Below, one piece after another: positions 17,962-27,992 of a stretch of 63,707 nt of DNA. The translations under genes and the position numbers were made by a program. The stretch spans positions 1 through 63,707 of the IMG/VR virus record IMGVR_UViG_3300017782_000012; one strand, 5' to 3'. Each line of letters begins with the position of its first letter. The first letter of the stretch is position 1. Under the pieces are notes generated by a model. The model was not told where the DNA came from. It worked only from the letters and a program-made list of their open reading frames with translations, and did not search any database. Origin of the DNA: a virus (taxonomy: Duplodnaviria; Caudoviricetes).

Positions 17962-18365
17962 AGGTAAACATCTCTGTCCTCAAAAAACGATGTAGTAACA
18001 TCGTCGTTTGGATAGATCTCAACTAGATTTATATCGTTCCTCTCACAGAAGTCCAGCTTTTTTTGATCTCTTTTTAGTTGATCTAAATATTTAAGCCTGT
18101 TCTTATGGAAGTGTTTCACATACTTCGTATGTTGCGCCCCTTGAACCTCTATAGCTATCCTTTTATTAGCGTTATAAAAATCTAGAGACAATCGACTACC
18201 AACTATCCTAAACTCCTCAAATACTATATCCAAGTGCCAATAATTCCTTAAGAAATCCTTTACACCTTTTTGGAATTTACTCCTGCTGGAGCCTTCCCAA
18301 TCTATACGGTATTTTTTAGGGTTTTTTAAATTACGGAGTTTACCGTCTACAGTGTAGAACTTCAT
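17958..18365 (-). CDS. Vsr/DUF559-like PD-(D/E)xK endonuclease
   Basis: LSLDFY...IAIEVQGAQH...RDQKK..FC. Confidence 0.75.
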   Translation of the reverse strand: MKFYTVDGKLRNLKNPKKYRIDWEGSSRSKFQKGVKDFLRNYWHLDIVFEEFRIVGSRLSLDFYNANKRIAIEVQGAQHTKYVKHFHKNRLKYLDQLKRDQKKLDFCERNDINLVEIYPNDDVTTSFFEDRDVYL

Positions 18366-18371
18366 TGAGTT

Positions 18372-19487
18372 TTAAGCTAACTCCTCGATAGCGTTCTTAA
18401 AATAAGAAACAAGGAATTCGCAAAAACCTTCATTACCTTCTATAAGCTTAAATAAATTATTTTCACCTTGGATCTTTTCTGGCAAATCAAAATCAGTATC
18501 CTGTAAAACCTCTTTGAAATCTTCTGTGATACTCAACCAAGCCCCGCTCTTCTTAACGAACTCCCAAGCCAAGAGCAAGTCTACTATTTCTTTCTCAATC
18601 CATATCGACTTACCCCCTTTTTGTCCATATCTAATGGGGTAGCTAATAGAAGTATTCGTCTTTTCGTTAGGAGATTTTTTTATAGTGACCTTAGCGAAAT
18701 GACCTATAGGAGGATTAGTTTTGGAATCCATTTTCTTCACTGATGCATTCCTTAGGATAGCGTCTCCATTATAGCGAGGTTCAAATTGGATAATCCAATT
18801 AGCAAAGTGAAGTAAAGCATTACCTCCTGTAGCTGTAGTCTGTCTCACAGGGGCTTTCGTATATGGGTCGAGCTTTATATCCGCTCTAACTTGAGAGATG
18901 AAAATAGCCATATGACCCCTTTTCTGCAAAGCTATGGACATCTTTTTCATGAAGACTCCAGCAATTACAGCTCCCCCAGCAACTTTAGTAGAATCCTCAA
19001 AATTCTTACCCACGTCATTCTTAGGGATTAATCCATCTACAGAATCAAGGACGAAACAATACTTAGCTTTGTCATCATTAAACTGAACCAACCTCCTCAT
19101 TAGATCTACCACGATCTCATAAATGTTGGACTCAAAAACAAAGCAAGTGCCGTCAACCCACTCGTCAGCGCTAAATACAAAATTAATGCCAGACCGCTCT
19201 TTCATTTCTGGAGAGAGCCTTCCTTCAGCTTTGATGAAAACACCTCGCGTCCCCGGCATTTTCAAAAAGTTCCTCATTACTTCTAATGATTCAGAAGTTT
19301 TACCTCCTTCATTCATGCCAACAAATCTGTGTAGTCCGGGTCCAAAACCTCCCCCCATCTGTAAGTCAAATTCTAAAGAACCGCTTGAGACTTTGTAATT
19401 GATCTCCTCCTCAAAGTTATAATGATCTTCTTTAGTTTCCTTAAGGAAGCCCTTAAGCATCGTATTTGGATTCTGTTCTTTACTCAT
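18372..19487 (-). CDS. recA: RecA/UvsX-like recombinase
   Basis: GMNEGGKT, VLDSV, FISQVR, TGGNALLHFA. Confidence 0.88.
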   Translation of the reverse strand: MSKEQNPNTMLKGFLKETKEDHYNFEEEINYKVSSGSLEFDLQMGGGFGPGLHRFVGMNEGGKTSESLEVMRNFLKMPGTRGVFIKAEGRLSPEMKERSGINFVFSADEWVDGTCFVFESNIYEIVVDLMRRLVQFNDDKAKYCFVLDSVDGLIPKNDVGKNFEDSTKVAGGAVIAGVFMKKMSIALQKRGHMAIFISQVRADIKLDPYTKAPVRQTTATGGNALLHFANWIIQFEPRYNGDAILRNASVKKMDSKTNPPIGHFAKVTIKKSPNEKTNTSISYPIRYGQKGGKSIWIEKEIVDLLLAWEFVKKSGAWLSITEDFKEVLQDTDFDLPEKIQGENNLFKLIEGNEGFCEFLVSYFKNAIEELA

Positions 19488-19920
19488 CTAAAAAATCTTT
19501 TAATGTTTTTTTCTTTTTGACAGGGGCGAAATCCTCTCCAGATTTCTCACCCAAAATATACTCTGGATACCTAGATTTGTCAACCACATAATTGAAAGCC
19601 CTGAACTTCTTGTCAAGAGCTTTTTTTAACTTAGGGCTGATGAGGTAAGTTAGGGAATCAAACTTCTTGTAAAAGTTGACTACATTCATGAACTCCAGAG
19701 AGTACCTTTCACATAAAACATTCAAATGCTTCATTTGAGCTTTGTAAAAAACCCTCTTACCAGATTCAGGATCAATAACTAGCCTCTCTAGGATATCCCT
19801 TTTGCTAATTTTTACTTTAGGCTTCTTCTTAGCTTTAAAGAAATGACCGCACTGACATTTTTTAACCCTTGATCCAACTACAGCGCCACAATCTGGACAT
19901 TGCTTTTCTCCTGCTGCCAT
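19480..19920 (-). CDS. Zinc-ribbon protein
   Basis: CPDCG...CQCGHFF N-terminus. Confidence 0.7.
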   Translation of the reverse strand: MAAGEKQCPDCGAVVGSRVKKCQCGHFFKAKKKPKVKISKRDILERLVIDPESGKRVFYKAQMKHLNVLCERYSLEFMNVVNFYKKFDSLTYLISPKLKKALDKKFRAFNYVVDKSRYPEYILGEKSGEDFAPVKKKKTLKDFLDE

Positions 19921-19926
19921 ACAGAG

Positions 19927-19955
19927 ACTTTAATACAAATTTAAATCATTGACAA
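19927..19955 (-). promoter_or_regulatory. Sigma70-like promoter heading the recombination/replication operon
   Basis: TTGTCA-17-TAAAGT-6-ATG(19920). Confidence 0.55.
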
Positions 19956-20958
19956 CCATTTTTCTTACCAAGCCAATAAAATCTGTTTTTGGCTTCCACT
20001 TAAGGGATCTACGAGCTTCTGAAGAGTCTCCCCAAAGTAATTCGACTTCAGCAGGACGATAAAAATCTGGGTTTATCTGCAATAAAACCCTCCCATCGTG
20101 CATATATTTTTCATCTACTCCCTCGCCAACCCATTGACATTTTTCAAGAGCGAATCCAGCAAAGTTGAAAGCTTGTTCCACAAACTCCCTAATAGTATGG
20201 GTCTCATTAGAAGATAAAACGTATTCTCTAGGCTCCTCTTGATTAAGCATTAGCCAAATCCCCTCTACAAAATCTTGTGAGTCGCTCCAATCTCTCTTAG
20301 CGTCTACATTACCAAGTTCAAGAGGTTTGAAATTATCTGATACATACTCATTCTTAATTCTAGCGACATTCTTAGTTATCTTACGAGTGACAAATTCTTC
20401 TCCACGACGAGTCCCTTCGTGATTGAATAGCCAGCCTTGGATAGCAAATAAATCGTATGACTCTCTCCAAACTTTCACCATATGCCTCGCACTAGCCTTA
20501 GAGACCCCGTATGGGCTTCTTGGGCGTATAGGATGGAGTTCTGATTGAGGTGAGTATAAAACATCTCCAAACTCCTCTGAAGATCCAGCATTGTAATATC
20601 TGCAGTTGGGACAGTGTTTGCGAATAGCCTCAAGCTGATATAAAACGGCCATTGCGTTAGTCTCCATATGGTTGACTGGCATCTTCCAGCTGACACCCAC
20701 AAAAGAATTTGCAGCAAAGTTAATAAAGTAATCGGGCTTCTCTTCGGAAATTACTAACTCAGTATTAGCTTGGTCAGCCACATCAAGGTCTATTAAACTA
20801 AATCTAGGGTGATCTAGAAGGTGTTGAATGTTAACGTGATTCTTGACACTTAACCTACGGACACCAGCTACAATAGTATGTTCTGTATTTTGCAAGAGGT
20901 AGTCAGCCATAAAGCTACCGTCTTGACCTGTTACGCCAGTGATAATTACCTTTTTCAT
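19930..20958 (-). CDS. gmd: GDP-mannose 4,6-dehydratase
   Basis: ITGVTGQDGS, PRSPYGVSK, LFNHE, FVTRKIT, LGNVDAKRDW, YRPAEV. Confidence 0.95.
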   Translation of the reverse strand: MKKVIITGVTGQDGSFMADYLLQNTEHTIVAGVRRLSVKNHVNIQHLLDHPRFSLIDLDVADQANTELVISEEKPDYFINFAANSFVGVSWKMPVNHMETNAMAVLYQLEAIRKHCPNCRYYNAGSSEEFGDVLYSPQSELHPIRPRSPYGVSKASARHMVKVWRESYDLFAIQGWLFNHEGTRRGEEFVTRKITKNVARIKNEYVSDNFKPLELGNVDAKRDWSDSQDFVEGIWLMLNQEEPREYVLSSNETHTIREFVEQAFNFAGFALEKCQWVGEGVDEKYMHDGRVLLQINPDFYRPAEVELLWGDSSEARRSLKWKPKTDFIGLVRKMVVNDLNLY

Positions 20959-21608
20959 AAATTACTATATATAAATTCTGCGAATTTGAACTCTAACTCT
21001 GTATCTATATCTACCGACTCAACCCCGTTCAACTTTACAAAAAAAGGATTCTCCCCTACAACATTCCTGTTTTCAATACATGCTTTCCGACTGATTATAG
21101 AAACTCCATAGTGAACCCCTAAAATATCAGGCAAATCTTGACTATTGGGAGAATTTTTAGGATCATAATTCATAGGTTCGCCAGCCAACCACATATGATG
21201 CTTGACATCAAAAACCGTCATCAAACTGTCATGGTCTTCTAATTCTTGGTAACTCTTAATACATTTTTCGAATGTATTTTTACTGACAAACGGACAAGTT
21301 ACTGGAGCATACATAATATGATCTGATTGGGTAACTTGAGCTATATGTTCAAAATACTCACTGTTATTGATTGTAGAACTAGCGAAATGCTCATCCCTTA
21401 AGAAGGTATCGACGCCTTTTCCCCTAGCGATACACAACATCTCTTCACTGTCGCTATTAACTACAATTTTATCTAAACCAACCACAGTTTTTAATAAATC
21501 TATCTTAAGTTCTAGTAAGGACGTACCTCCGAAATCTCTTATGTTTTTATTTTTAACCCTTACTGAGCCTTTCCTTACTGGAATTACTGCTGTAATTTTT
21601 TTATTCAT
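20955..21608 (-). CDS. Acylneuraminate (CMP-ulosonate) cytidylyltransferase, NeuA family
   Basis: IPVRKGSVRVKNKN, TCPF, SVDIDT. Confidence 0.88.
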   Translation of the reverse strand: MNKKITAVIPVRKGSVRVKNKNIRDFGGTSLLELKIDLLKTVVGLDKIVVNSDSEEMLCIARGKGVDTFLRDEHFASSTINNSEYFEHIAQVTQSDHIMYAPVTCPFVSKNTFEKCIKSYQELEDHDSLMTVFDVKHHMWLAGEPMNYDPKNSPNSQDLPDILGVHYGVSIISRKACIENRNVVGENPFFVKLNGVESVDIDTELEFKFAEFIYSNL

Positions 21609-22011
21609 TAATTTTATTCAATGTAGATTCCCAAGATTTGAATTCTATAGCTTTGTCATCTATATAGTAACAAGCTCTTGGTTTTTCACAAGTAACTTCA
21701 GAGATAAACTGATTTAAATTATGTTCTATTAACCACTCTTCCACAAGATCAAGCCCGGTTTTTCCATTCACCAAAGGTCTATCTTTTTTAATTTTAGCGG
21801 TAAAAATAATTAAATTATACCTCTCAGAAAGATTTTTTAAAGCCTCGTAAGACCCTTCGATTGGCTCGCCGTAGCAAGTACCATCATGGTAACCTTTATC
21901 AAAGGTGTGTAACACCCCATCAAAATCAATTGCTAAATTATTATTCTGGCTTTCTAAGCCTACTGGAACGTGACTTATTTTGTCTTGCATTTTTTTAATA
22001 TGGACGGGCAT
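21601..22011 (-). CDS. HAD-superfamily phosphatase
   Basis: IDFDGVL, IFTA, EKP, YIDDKA. Confidence 0.8.
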   Translation of the reverse strand: MPVHIKKMQDKISHVPVGLESQNNNLAIDFDGVLHTFDKGYHDGTCYGEPIEGSYEALKNLSERYNLIIFTAKIKKDRPLVNGKTGLDLVEEWLIEHNLNQFISEVTCEKPRACYYIDDKAIEFKSWESTLNKINE

Positions 22012-22547
22012 TCAAAACCTGCACCATGAATAAGTTGGTAGGTCAGCGCCAGCGACAAAATCTCTGATGTATGATAATATTCAGCATTTTGAACAATTTT
22101 AGTAATATTAGGATTACCGCAAGGATTATATTGAGCTGAAATCATGGCTGAATCCATTTTGTTTTCATCTGCCCAATTTAAAGCGTTTACAATACAGTTT
22201 GAAGACTCATTGTTCAATGAACAGGAAAAACCTACCGCTAAACATTTTGAATTGTCCAACCCCCTTGATCTAGTCTCTAACCAATTCTTAACCCAACTAT
22301 TAAAGTCATTATCCGCAATTAAAGAAGTCACTGTGATAGCACTACCGGGAGCAATAATATTTTTGTCCGTTAATCTTGAGGAATCGATAGCTGCATGATC
22401 CGCAACCCCCATATTCCCACCATGCCCAAAGAAAAACACATTTGTGGCATTACTGTAAGATTTTTGTAATTTAAGCCACTCTTCTGTTTCTATAATTTTA
22501 TTGAATTTATCTTCAATGTTTTCTAATTTTATTTTATCTGCCTTCAT
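21975..22547 (-). CDS. SIS-domain sugar-phosphate isomerase (GmhA-like)
   Basis: FFGHGGNMGVADHAAID, GFSCS, IVNALNWA. Confidence 0.7.
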   Translation of the reverse strand: MKADKIKLENIEDKFNKIIETEEWLKLQKSYSNATNVFFFGHGGNMGVADHAAIDSSRLTDKNIIAPGSAITVTSLIADNDFNSWVKNWLETRSRGLDNSKCLAVGFSCSLNNESSNCIVNALNWADENKMDSAMISAQYNPCGNPNITKIVQNAEYYHTSEILSLALTYQLIHGAGFECPSILKKCKTK

Positions 22548-23355
22548 TTAATTTTACTTTAATTAATAAAAATACTCCACATTGGCTGTCAAACAACTCA
22601 TCAACTGACCAAGGTATATCAACTCTATTTGTCATCAAGGTAGAGTGTGTAACTGGGTGTTGTAACGGCTGGTGATCTTTATTATCGTCATATTTCCTTT
22701 GATAATCTAAGCTTTCATCCCACAGTATAGGGATGTAATCTATAGAAGAGATGGAATTCTCACTATCTTTAAGTTTTTTCAAATGATGTAAAAAATCATT
22801 TATTTTATCACCCTGTTGTGGAAACCCGAGAAAAACATCACTCTCTTTTTTTACATGAGAATTTATATGTTTTAGTATTTTTATATCTTCGGTGAAAGTG
22901 GTATATGAGTAAAATACATCTATGTCCGAAAAATCGCTTATACTTAAAACATCTCTACATTCGCTCACCCTTTCACATTTAAACCTTCTCACCCCAAATG
23001 AAGACAGTTTTTTTTCTTGAGAAAAAATTGTATAGTCAAATTCAACTGAAGTTACTTTTTTAGCGTAATGAGAAAGACCTTCGCATATTTCTCCATAACG
23101 AGAACCTATTGACATTACATGTTTGTTTTTTACATAGTCCTTTATAAAATAAGGGGTCATTATTGGATACCTCCAATTTACATGCTCTGGAGAATAAACT
23201 TCCCTTTGTAAAACAAACTTATCACTCTCATCATAAAGATCTTTTAATGAAGAATGGACTTTAGATTTGAAATCTTCTATAGAAATCTCATCTTTATCTA
23301 AATTTGGAAAACTATTAAAAATAGCATGGCTAGAGGGTAATTTAATTTTTTTCAT
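22534..23355 (-). CDS. Putative class I SAM-dependent methyltransferase
   Basis: VMSIGSRYGE (motif I-like), VTSVEFD, DVFYSY. Confidence 0.5.
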   Translation of the reverse strand: MKKIKLPSSHAIFNSFPNLDKDEISIEDFKSKVHSSLKDLYDESDKFVLQREVYSPEHVNWRYPIMTPYFIKDYVKNKHVMSIGSRYGEICEGLSHYAKKVTSVEFDYTIFSQEKKLSSFGVRRFKCERVSECRDVLSISDFSDIDVFYSYTTFTEDIKILKHINSHVKKESDVFLGFPQQGDKINDFLHHLKKLKDSENSISSIDYIPILWDESLDYQRKYDDNKDHQPLQHPVTHSTLMTNRVDIPWSVDELFDSQCGVFLLIKVKLNEGR

Positions 23356-24016
23356 ATTCTTGAAAGAGACCTCTCAATCCTACTGGATTAACAGAAATTA
23401 TCTCTGTGTCTAATTTGTTTTGTTTAATAAAATTTTTAGCATAATGCCAACCAACCGTATAAATTTCATAAGTTCCAGTGTCTCCGCTATTTATAATTTC
23501 CCTACCATCAAAACACCGCCTCCCTTTATTGCAATCACAACCCACGATATATATTTTTGACACCCCAGTGTAGAATAAAAAATTTAAAGCGTGAAAAATT
23601 ACCGACATCCCGCAAGTGGGGTTGACAGATATATCCAAGGAGAAAGTTGGGGGCATACTATTTTTAACAGCCATAGGGAATGCACCAAAAGATTCCACCT
23701 CTGATTCAGAATAGTGAAGAGGGTGAGGAGAGCCATCCACTTCACAAGCTCCAAATTTAGCCCCTTTCACTTTGAAACTTTCGCTCATTGATCTGTCTCT
23801 ATCACCAAAAAAATAATAGTCTAGTAAAAGGTGATCTTCTTTTTTTTGATCAAAAATATCTAAGTCCCCGATAAAATTACAACCAACGTGGATATCTACA
23901 CCATCTATAGGTTCATACAATTTGGAAGTAGGGCCAGAACCAAAGAGAACCGCTTTACCCCCTAAGTGCTTATCTTTGTACTCCTCAAAGATTTTGTTGT
24001 ATTTATGTTTTTTCAA
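23342..24016 (-). CDS. Maf/DUF115-like (sialyltransferase-like) protein
   Basis: AVLFGSGPTS, VGCN, ALNFLFYTGVSKIYIVGCD. Confidence 0.7.
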   Translation of the reverse strand: MKKHKYNKIFEEYKDKHLGGKAVLFGSGPTSKLYEPIDGVDIHVGCNFIGDLDIFDQKKEDHLLLDYYFFGDRDRSMSESFKVKGAKFGACEVDGSPHPLHYSESEVESFGAFPMAVKNSMPPTFSLDISVNPTCGMSVIFHALNFLFYTGVSKIYIVGCDCNKGRRCFDGREIINSGDTGTYEIYTVGWHYAKNFIKQNKLDTEIISVNPVGLRGLFQEYEKN

Positions 24017-24732
24017 AGATCTCTAAAGGTTACCGTCTTTATACTAGGTTCAGAAGATAGAAAATCTACTATTTTTTCAAAATCTTTTTTTAGAGATTTC
24101 TCTTTTAATCCATGAAAAACAAAAACAGCAGACTCTTCTTCTGACATATTTTTTACATCTTCGATAAATTCTTTAAACCCATAAACATGATTTAAAATAC
24201 CTTTGGGTTTAATTAGAAATTCTGATTCTGAATCTTCTGGATATTTTATTTTAGGTCTATCTGATTCTGGTTTTTCGTCGATCTCCCATTTCGCCCACCC
24301 CCCATCTTGATAATCATATCCAGTTCTAGCTTTGGAAAAACCTAGATATTCAACTATGTTTGAAACCCTGAAATTTGTGTAATAGCCGGGGTAAGAAAAC
24401 GTGTCTATATTCCTTACCTTGTGATCGGAAAGGGTTTCACTAGTCATTGTTATTTCTTTTATGATTTGCTCATCACTTAAGGTGGTCAAATTCAAATGAT
24501 TAAATGTGTGATTACCTATTTCGAAGCCTTCATCTTCAAACTCTTCAAGATGCTTAAAGTCAAACCCTTTCTCACTCATGTTTTTTTCAAACATTAAATC
24601 ATGGGAAAGCCACAAAGATTTATTATTCGTCACAAAAAAGGTAGCCCTTAAATCATTTTTACTTAATAAAGGCTTAGCTATTTCGTAATGACTTTCTAGT
24701 CCGTCATCAAAGGTTAAACAAATCTTTCTCAT
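24013..24732 (-). CDS. Polysaccharide deacetylase (NodB/CE4)
   Basis: LTFDDG, ATFFV, EIGNHTFNH, FSYPG; start placed at the TAATG-coupled ATG 24732. Confidence 0.88.
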   Translation of the reverse strand: MRKICLTFDDGLESHYEIAKPLLSKNDLRATFFVTNNKSLWLSHDLMFEKNMSEKGFDFKHLEEFEDEGFEIGNHTFNHLNLTTLSDEQIIKEITMTSETLSDHKVRNIDTFSYPGYYTNFRVSNIVEYLGFSKARTGYDYQDGGWAKWEIDEKPESDRPKIKYPEDSESEFLIKPKGILNHVYGFKEFIEDVKNMSEEESAVFVFHGLKEKSLKKDFEKIVDFLSSEPSIKTVTFRDL

Positions 24733-25817
24733 TAATACATATTTATTGTTTGAGTTATATGATCTAAATCTTGATGGTTTAACCACCACCCTACAGGGAT
24801 ATTAACTAATCTATTGTCAAATAAATTTAAATTTTTAAGGGATTTGTCTTTACCTCCAAAAACAGAGTATTGGTCATTTCTTACATGTACCCTGTCACTA
24901 GAAATGTTATTTTTTTTCAGATAAGAAATAAAATCCTCCCTATCTTCTACAAGCAATGAATAAATCCAGCTTGAGCTAAGTGTGTTTTTTGGCTTCCTCA
25001 TTTTAACAACCTTAGGATTACTGATAACTGAATCGTAAAAAGTTTTATTGGAGACGTGCTTGCCTATAATAAAATCGATATGCTTTAAGTTATTGAGACC
25101 AATAGAAGCGTTAATATTGTTCATGTGATACTTATAACCGGACTCTGGAATATCTTGATCCCACCTACTAATCCCATTAAATTTTCTATCTAGACCAAAC
25201 CACCTAATCTTTCTGCCTCTAACAGCATCCTCTTCCCTTTTACACGCTAAAGCCCCACCATCTCCACAAGTAAGATGTTTAATAGCTTGAAAAGAAAAAC
25301 AAATAAAATCAGAGTGGTTGCCTATTTTAACACCATTAAACTCTGATCCTAGCGCATGAGCAGCGTCTTCAATAACTTCTAAATTAAATTCTTCTGCTAC
25401 AGCATGAACCTCTTGTAAATCTACTGGCTGACCAGCCCAGTGGACAACGATAATCGCTTTTGTTTTATCTGTAACCTTAGACCTGATGCTTTGTGGGCAA
25501 ATATTCCCTGTTGTAATATCAACATCTGCAAAAACTAATTTGGCACCCATATTAAAAAATGGCTCATTAGTAGCCATGCATGTCATTGCCGTTGTGATAA
25601 CTTCATCGCCAGATTTAATACCTGCTAATACCCCAGCTAAATGAAGGGCTGAAGTTCCGCTATTGGTTAATGCTAAATTATCATTACCAATGTAATTTGA
25701 AAAAGCTTTTTCGAATTCATCCGAATACTCACCTTCTGTCAAAGACCCTTCAGAAAGGATACGCTTCAAATCAACAGCGCATTGATTTGACATAAACGGT
25801 TTAAACAATGGGATCAT
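24732..25817 (-). CDS. DegT/DnrJ/EryC1/StrS PLP-dependent sugar aminotransferase
   Basis: NSGTSALHL, VHWAG, EDAAHA, SFQAIKHLTCGDGG. Confidence 0.93.
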   Translation of the reverse strand: MIPLFKPFMSNQCAVDLKRILSEGSLTEGEYSDEFEKAFSNYIGNDNLALTNSGTSALHLAGVLAGIKSGDEVITTAMTCMATNEPFFNMGAKLVFADVDITTGNICPQSIRSKVTDKTKAIIVVHWAGQPVDLQEVHAVAEEFNLEVIEDAAHALGSEFNGVKIGNHSDFICFSFQAIKHLTCGDGGALACKREEDAVRGRKIRWFGLDRKFNGISRWDQDIPESGYKYHMNNINASIGLNNLKHIDFIIGKHVSNKTFYDSVISNPKVVKMRKPKNTLSSSWIYSLLVEDREDFISYLKKNNISSDRVHVRNDQYSVFGGKDKSLKNLNLFDNRLVNIPVGWWLNHQDLDHITQTINMY

Positions 25818-25821
25818 TAAA

Positions 25822-26835
25822 CTATTCTACCAACCAATGTTGGTTTTTGAAAGTCCAATTTACTGTTTTTTCAAGACTTTTCCTAAAGTCTACTGGCACA
25901 GACCAACCCAAGTTGGCTAATTTATCTCCATTAAGAGCATATCTTAAATCATGGCCCGGTCTTTTAGAGTGATAATCTGTCATTTCGTAGTCAGCTTTCT
26001 TACCCATAATCTCAGAAATAATTTCAACCACCTCTAAGTTGGAAAGCTCTTCACAACCAGCAATATTGTAACGACCTTTGGAAGAGTCATGATTATCTAA
26101 CACCTCCGCTGTATTATCCAATACGTAAATGAAAGCGTCAGCTACATTCCTAGCGTGAATATAAAATCTACTTCCAGCTTTTGTTCTATCTGGGTAAGAG
26201 TGAATATAAATCTTTTCATTGTTGAGAATTGATTTGATTACCTTAGGGATAAATTTTTCCGCATGTTGTCTTTCGCCAATAATATTCATGGTGTTGGTGA
26301 TAACAATAGGAAGTCCGTAAGTGTTACAGTATGATTCACACAATGTCTCCCCAGCAGCTTTAGATGCAGAATAAGGGTTGCCGCAATTGAATCTATCCCC
26401 TTCTTTATAAGCAAAACCTTCTTTAGCGTTACCGAAAACTTCATCTGTAGAAAAATACATAAACTTTTCCAAGTCGGTACATTTTTGTCTTACAAACTCA
26501 AGAAGGTTCAGAGTTGAGTCTAAATTGTTTTTAACAAAATTAACTGGGTTAATAATTGAGTTTTCTACATGTGATTCTGCTGCGATATGCAAAACATAAT
26601 TAGCATCAGAAATTTCTTTTTCCATACCTTCTGAAATTTCAGAACAAAGATCAAATGCGAACATTTTAAATCTAGGGTTTGACAATATGCTAGTCTCTTC
26701 CAAACGGGACATCCCAAAAGAAGAATAACTTAATTTATCTATGCAATAAATTTCCCAGTCGGTGTTCCGCAAAATATGGTCTGCTACATGATGCCCTACA
26801 AAACCACAGCCCCCTGTTAAAATCACTTTTTTCAT
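25822..26835 (-). CDS. rmlB: dTDP-glucose 4,6-dehydratase-like SDR
   Basis: TGGCGFVG, AAESHV, STDEVFG, PYSASKA, RPGHDLRYA. Confidence 0.88.
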   Translation of the reverse strand: MKKVILTGGCGFVGHHVADHILRNTDWEIYCIDKLSYSSFGMSRLEETSILSNPRFKMFAFDLCSEISEGMEKEISDANYVLHIAAESHVENSIINPVNFVKNNLDSTLNLLEFVRQKCTDLEKFMYFSTDEVFGNAKEGFAYKEGDRFNCGNPYSASKAAGETLCESYCNTYGLPIVITNTMNIIGERQHAEKFIPKVIKSILNNEKIYIHSYPDRTKAGSRFYIHARNVADAFIYVLDNTAEVLDNHDSSKGRYNIAGCEELSNLEVVEIISEIMGKKADYEMTDYHSKRPGHDLRYALNGDKLANLGWSVPVDFRKSLEKTVNWTFKNQHWLVE

Positions 26836-27269
26836 TTTACTAGTTTCATTTTTATTGAGGGTAAATCATTTACAATCTCCTCCCCTTGAACTTCAAAACC
26901 CAATTTTAGGTATAAATTATACGCTCTAAAGTTATTTTTATCTACATAAATATAATAATCTTTTCCCCCAAATACACTAAAAAAAGAATCGTAAGCTTTA
27001 ACCGCTAGTTTCTTACCTCTAAATTCTTCAGCTAAATCTAAGCCTATAAAAAACTCCCCCTTTACTGTCTGAGTCCTAAAATAACCAGCTTTTTTATTAT
27101 TATATAAAAGTAAAAAATAATCTGGATTAGTAGAATCGAACCATTCAAAAGACTCCTCTAATGAGTATTTTTTTTTGTCATGCAAGTATTCAGAACACGA
27201 ATTTCTAACCTTGTTAAAAAATGGTATATCTTTTGACTGAAATTTTTTTACCGAAAAACTATCTTTCAT
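26832..27269 (-). CDS. GNAT N-acetyltransferase (PseH-like; alternative start 27284)
   Basis: EFRGKKLA, NFRAYNLYLKLGF; TAATG coupling at 27267-27271. Confidence 0.75.
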   Translation of the reverse strand: MKDSFSVKKFQSKDIPFFNKVRNSCSEYLHDKKKYSLEESFEWFDSTNPDYFLLLYNNKKAGYFRTQTVKGEFFIGLDLAEEFRGKKLAVKAYDSFFSVFGGKDYYIYVDKNNFRAYNLYLKLGFEVQGEEIVNDLPSIKMKLVK

Positions 27270-27973
27270 TAGTTCAATCCCCATCTAGTTTTGAACTGTA
27301 ATTTCTTCCTGTGATGTATTAAAGAAGGATTGTAAAGGGCTTCTATCTCATGCATTCCGAAACTACTTTCAAAGTTGAAACGGTCTTCAGAATGATGTTC
27401 GGTAGAGAATCTTGATGCTACGTCTAAGCTTGGTATGCGGAATCCTTCGTTTTCTAACTGACTTCTAAGGAAACAAGAGATCACCACATCTTCATTGTGA
27501 TTACGAAGGTAATTTTTATTATCTTCGAATAGTTCATAAGCTCGTTGACAAATTTTCTTAGACCTCAAGGAGAACCCCCCATTGCCACAGAATATCTTAC
27601 CTCCATAATATATGGGCGCACCAATATAATCATAATCTAAGTAAGAATTAGACCAAGCTTTAGGATTCTGTATGAACCCATCGCAGTGAAAATTTATTAC
27701 ATATTCAGTATCAAAAGATTCTGCATATATCTTAAAAATCTCATCACCAAATTTGTTATGTGGTATCTCATCAATCATCTTGATCTCGAAATCAATAGGA
27801 TCAACAGTAGGTTCTACACAAGTGTAAATTATTTTTCTTCCGAAATTTAAATTTTTAGAAGAGTTATTCCCTATAGAGATAATAGAATTTATATCTTGAT
27901 AAATCTTATCTGATTTATTGGGGACAATGGATAAGTATGTTACCTTGCTGAGATCGGAATTTGCTACAACCAT
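27269..27973 (-). CDS. DUF5672-like glycosyltransferase-related protein
   Basis: DYDYIGAP, GNGGFSLRSK, NEDV, SFGMH. Confidence 0.75.
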   Translation of the reverse strand: MVVANSDLSKVTYLSIVPNKSDKIYQDINSIISIGNNSSKNLNFGRKIIYTCVEPTVDPIDFEIKMIDEIPHNKFGDEIFKIYAESFDTEYVINFHCDGFIQNPKAWSNSYLDYDYIGAPIYYGGKIFCGNGGFSLRSKKICQRAYELFEDNKNYLRNHNEDVVISCFLRSQLENEGFRIPSLDVASRFSTEHHSEDRFNFESSFGMHEIEALYNPSLIHHRKKLQFKTRWGLN

Positions 27974-27992
27974 GCTAATGCACGATTATACC

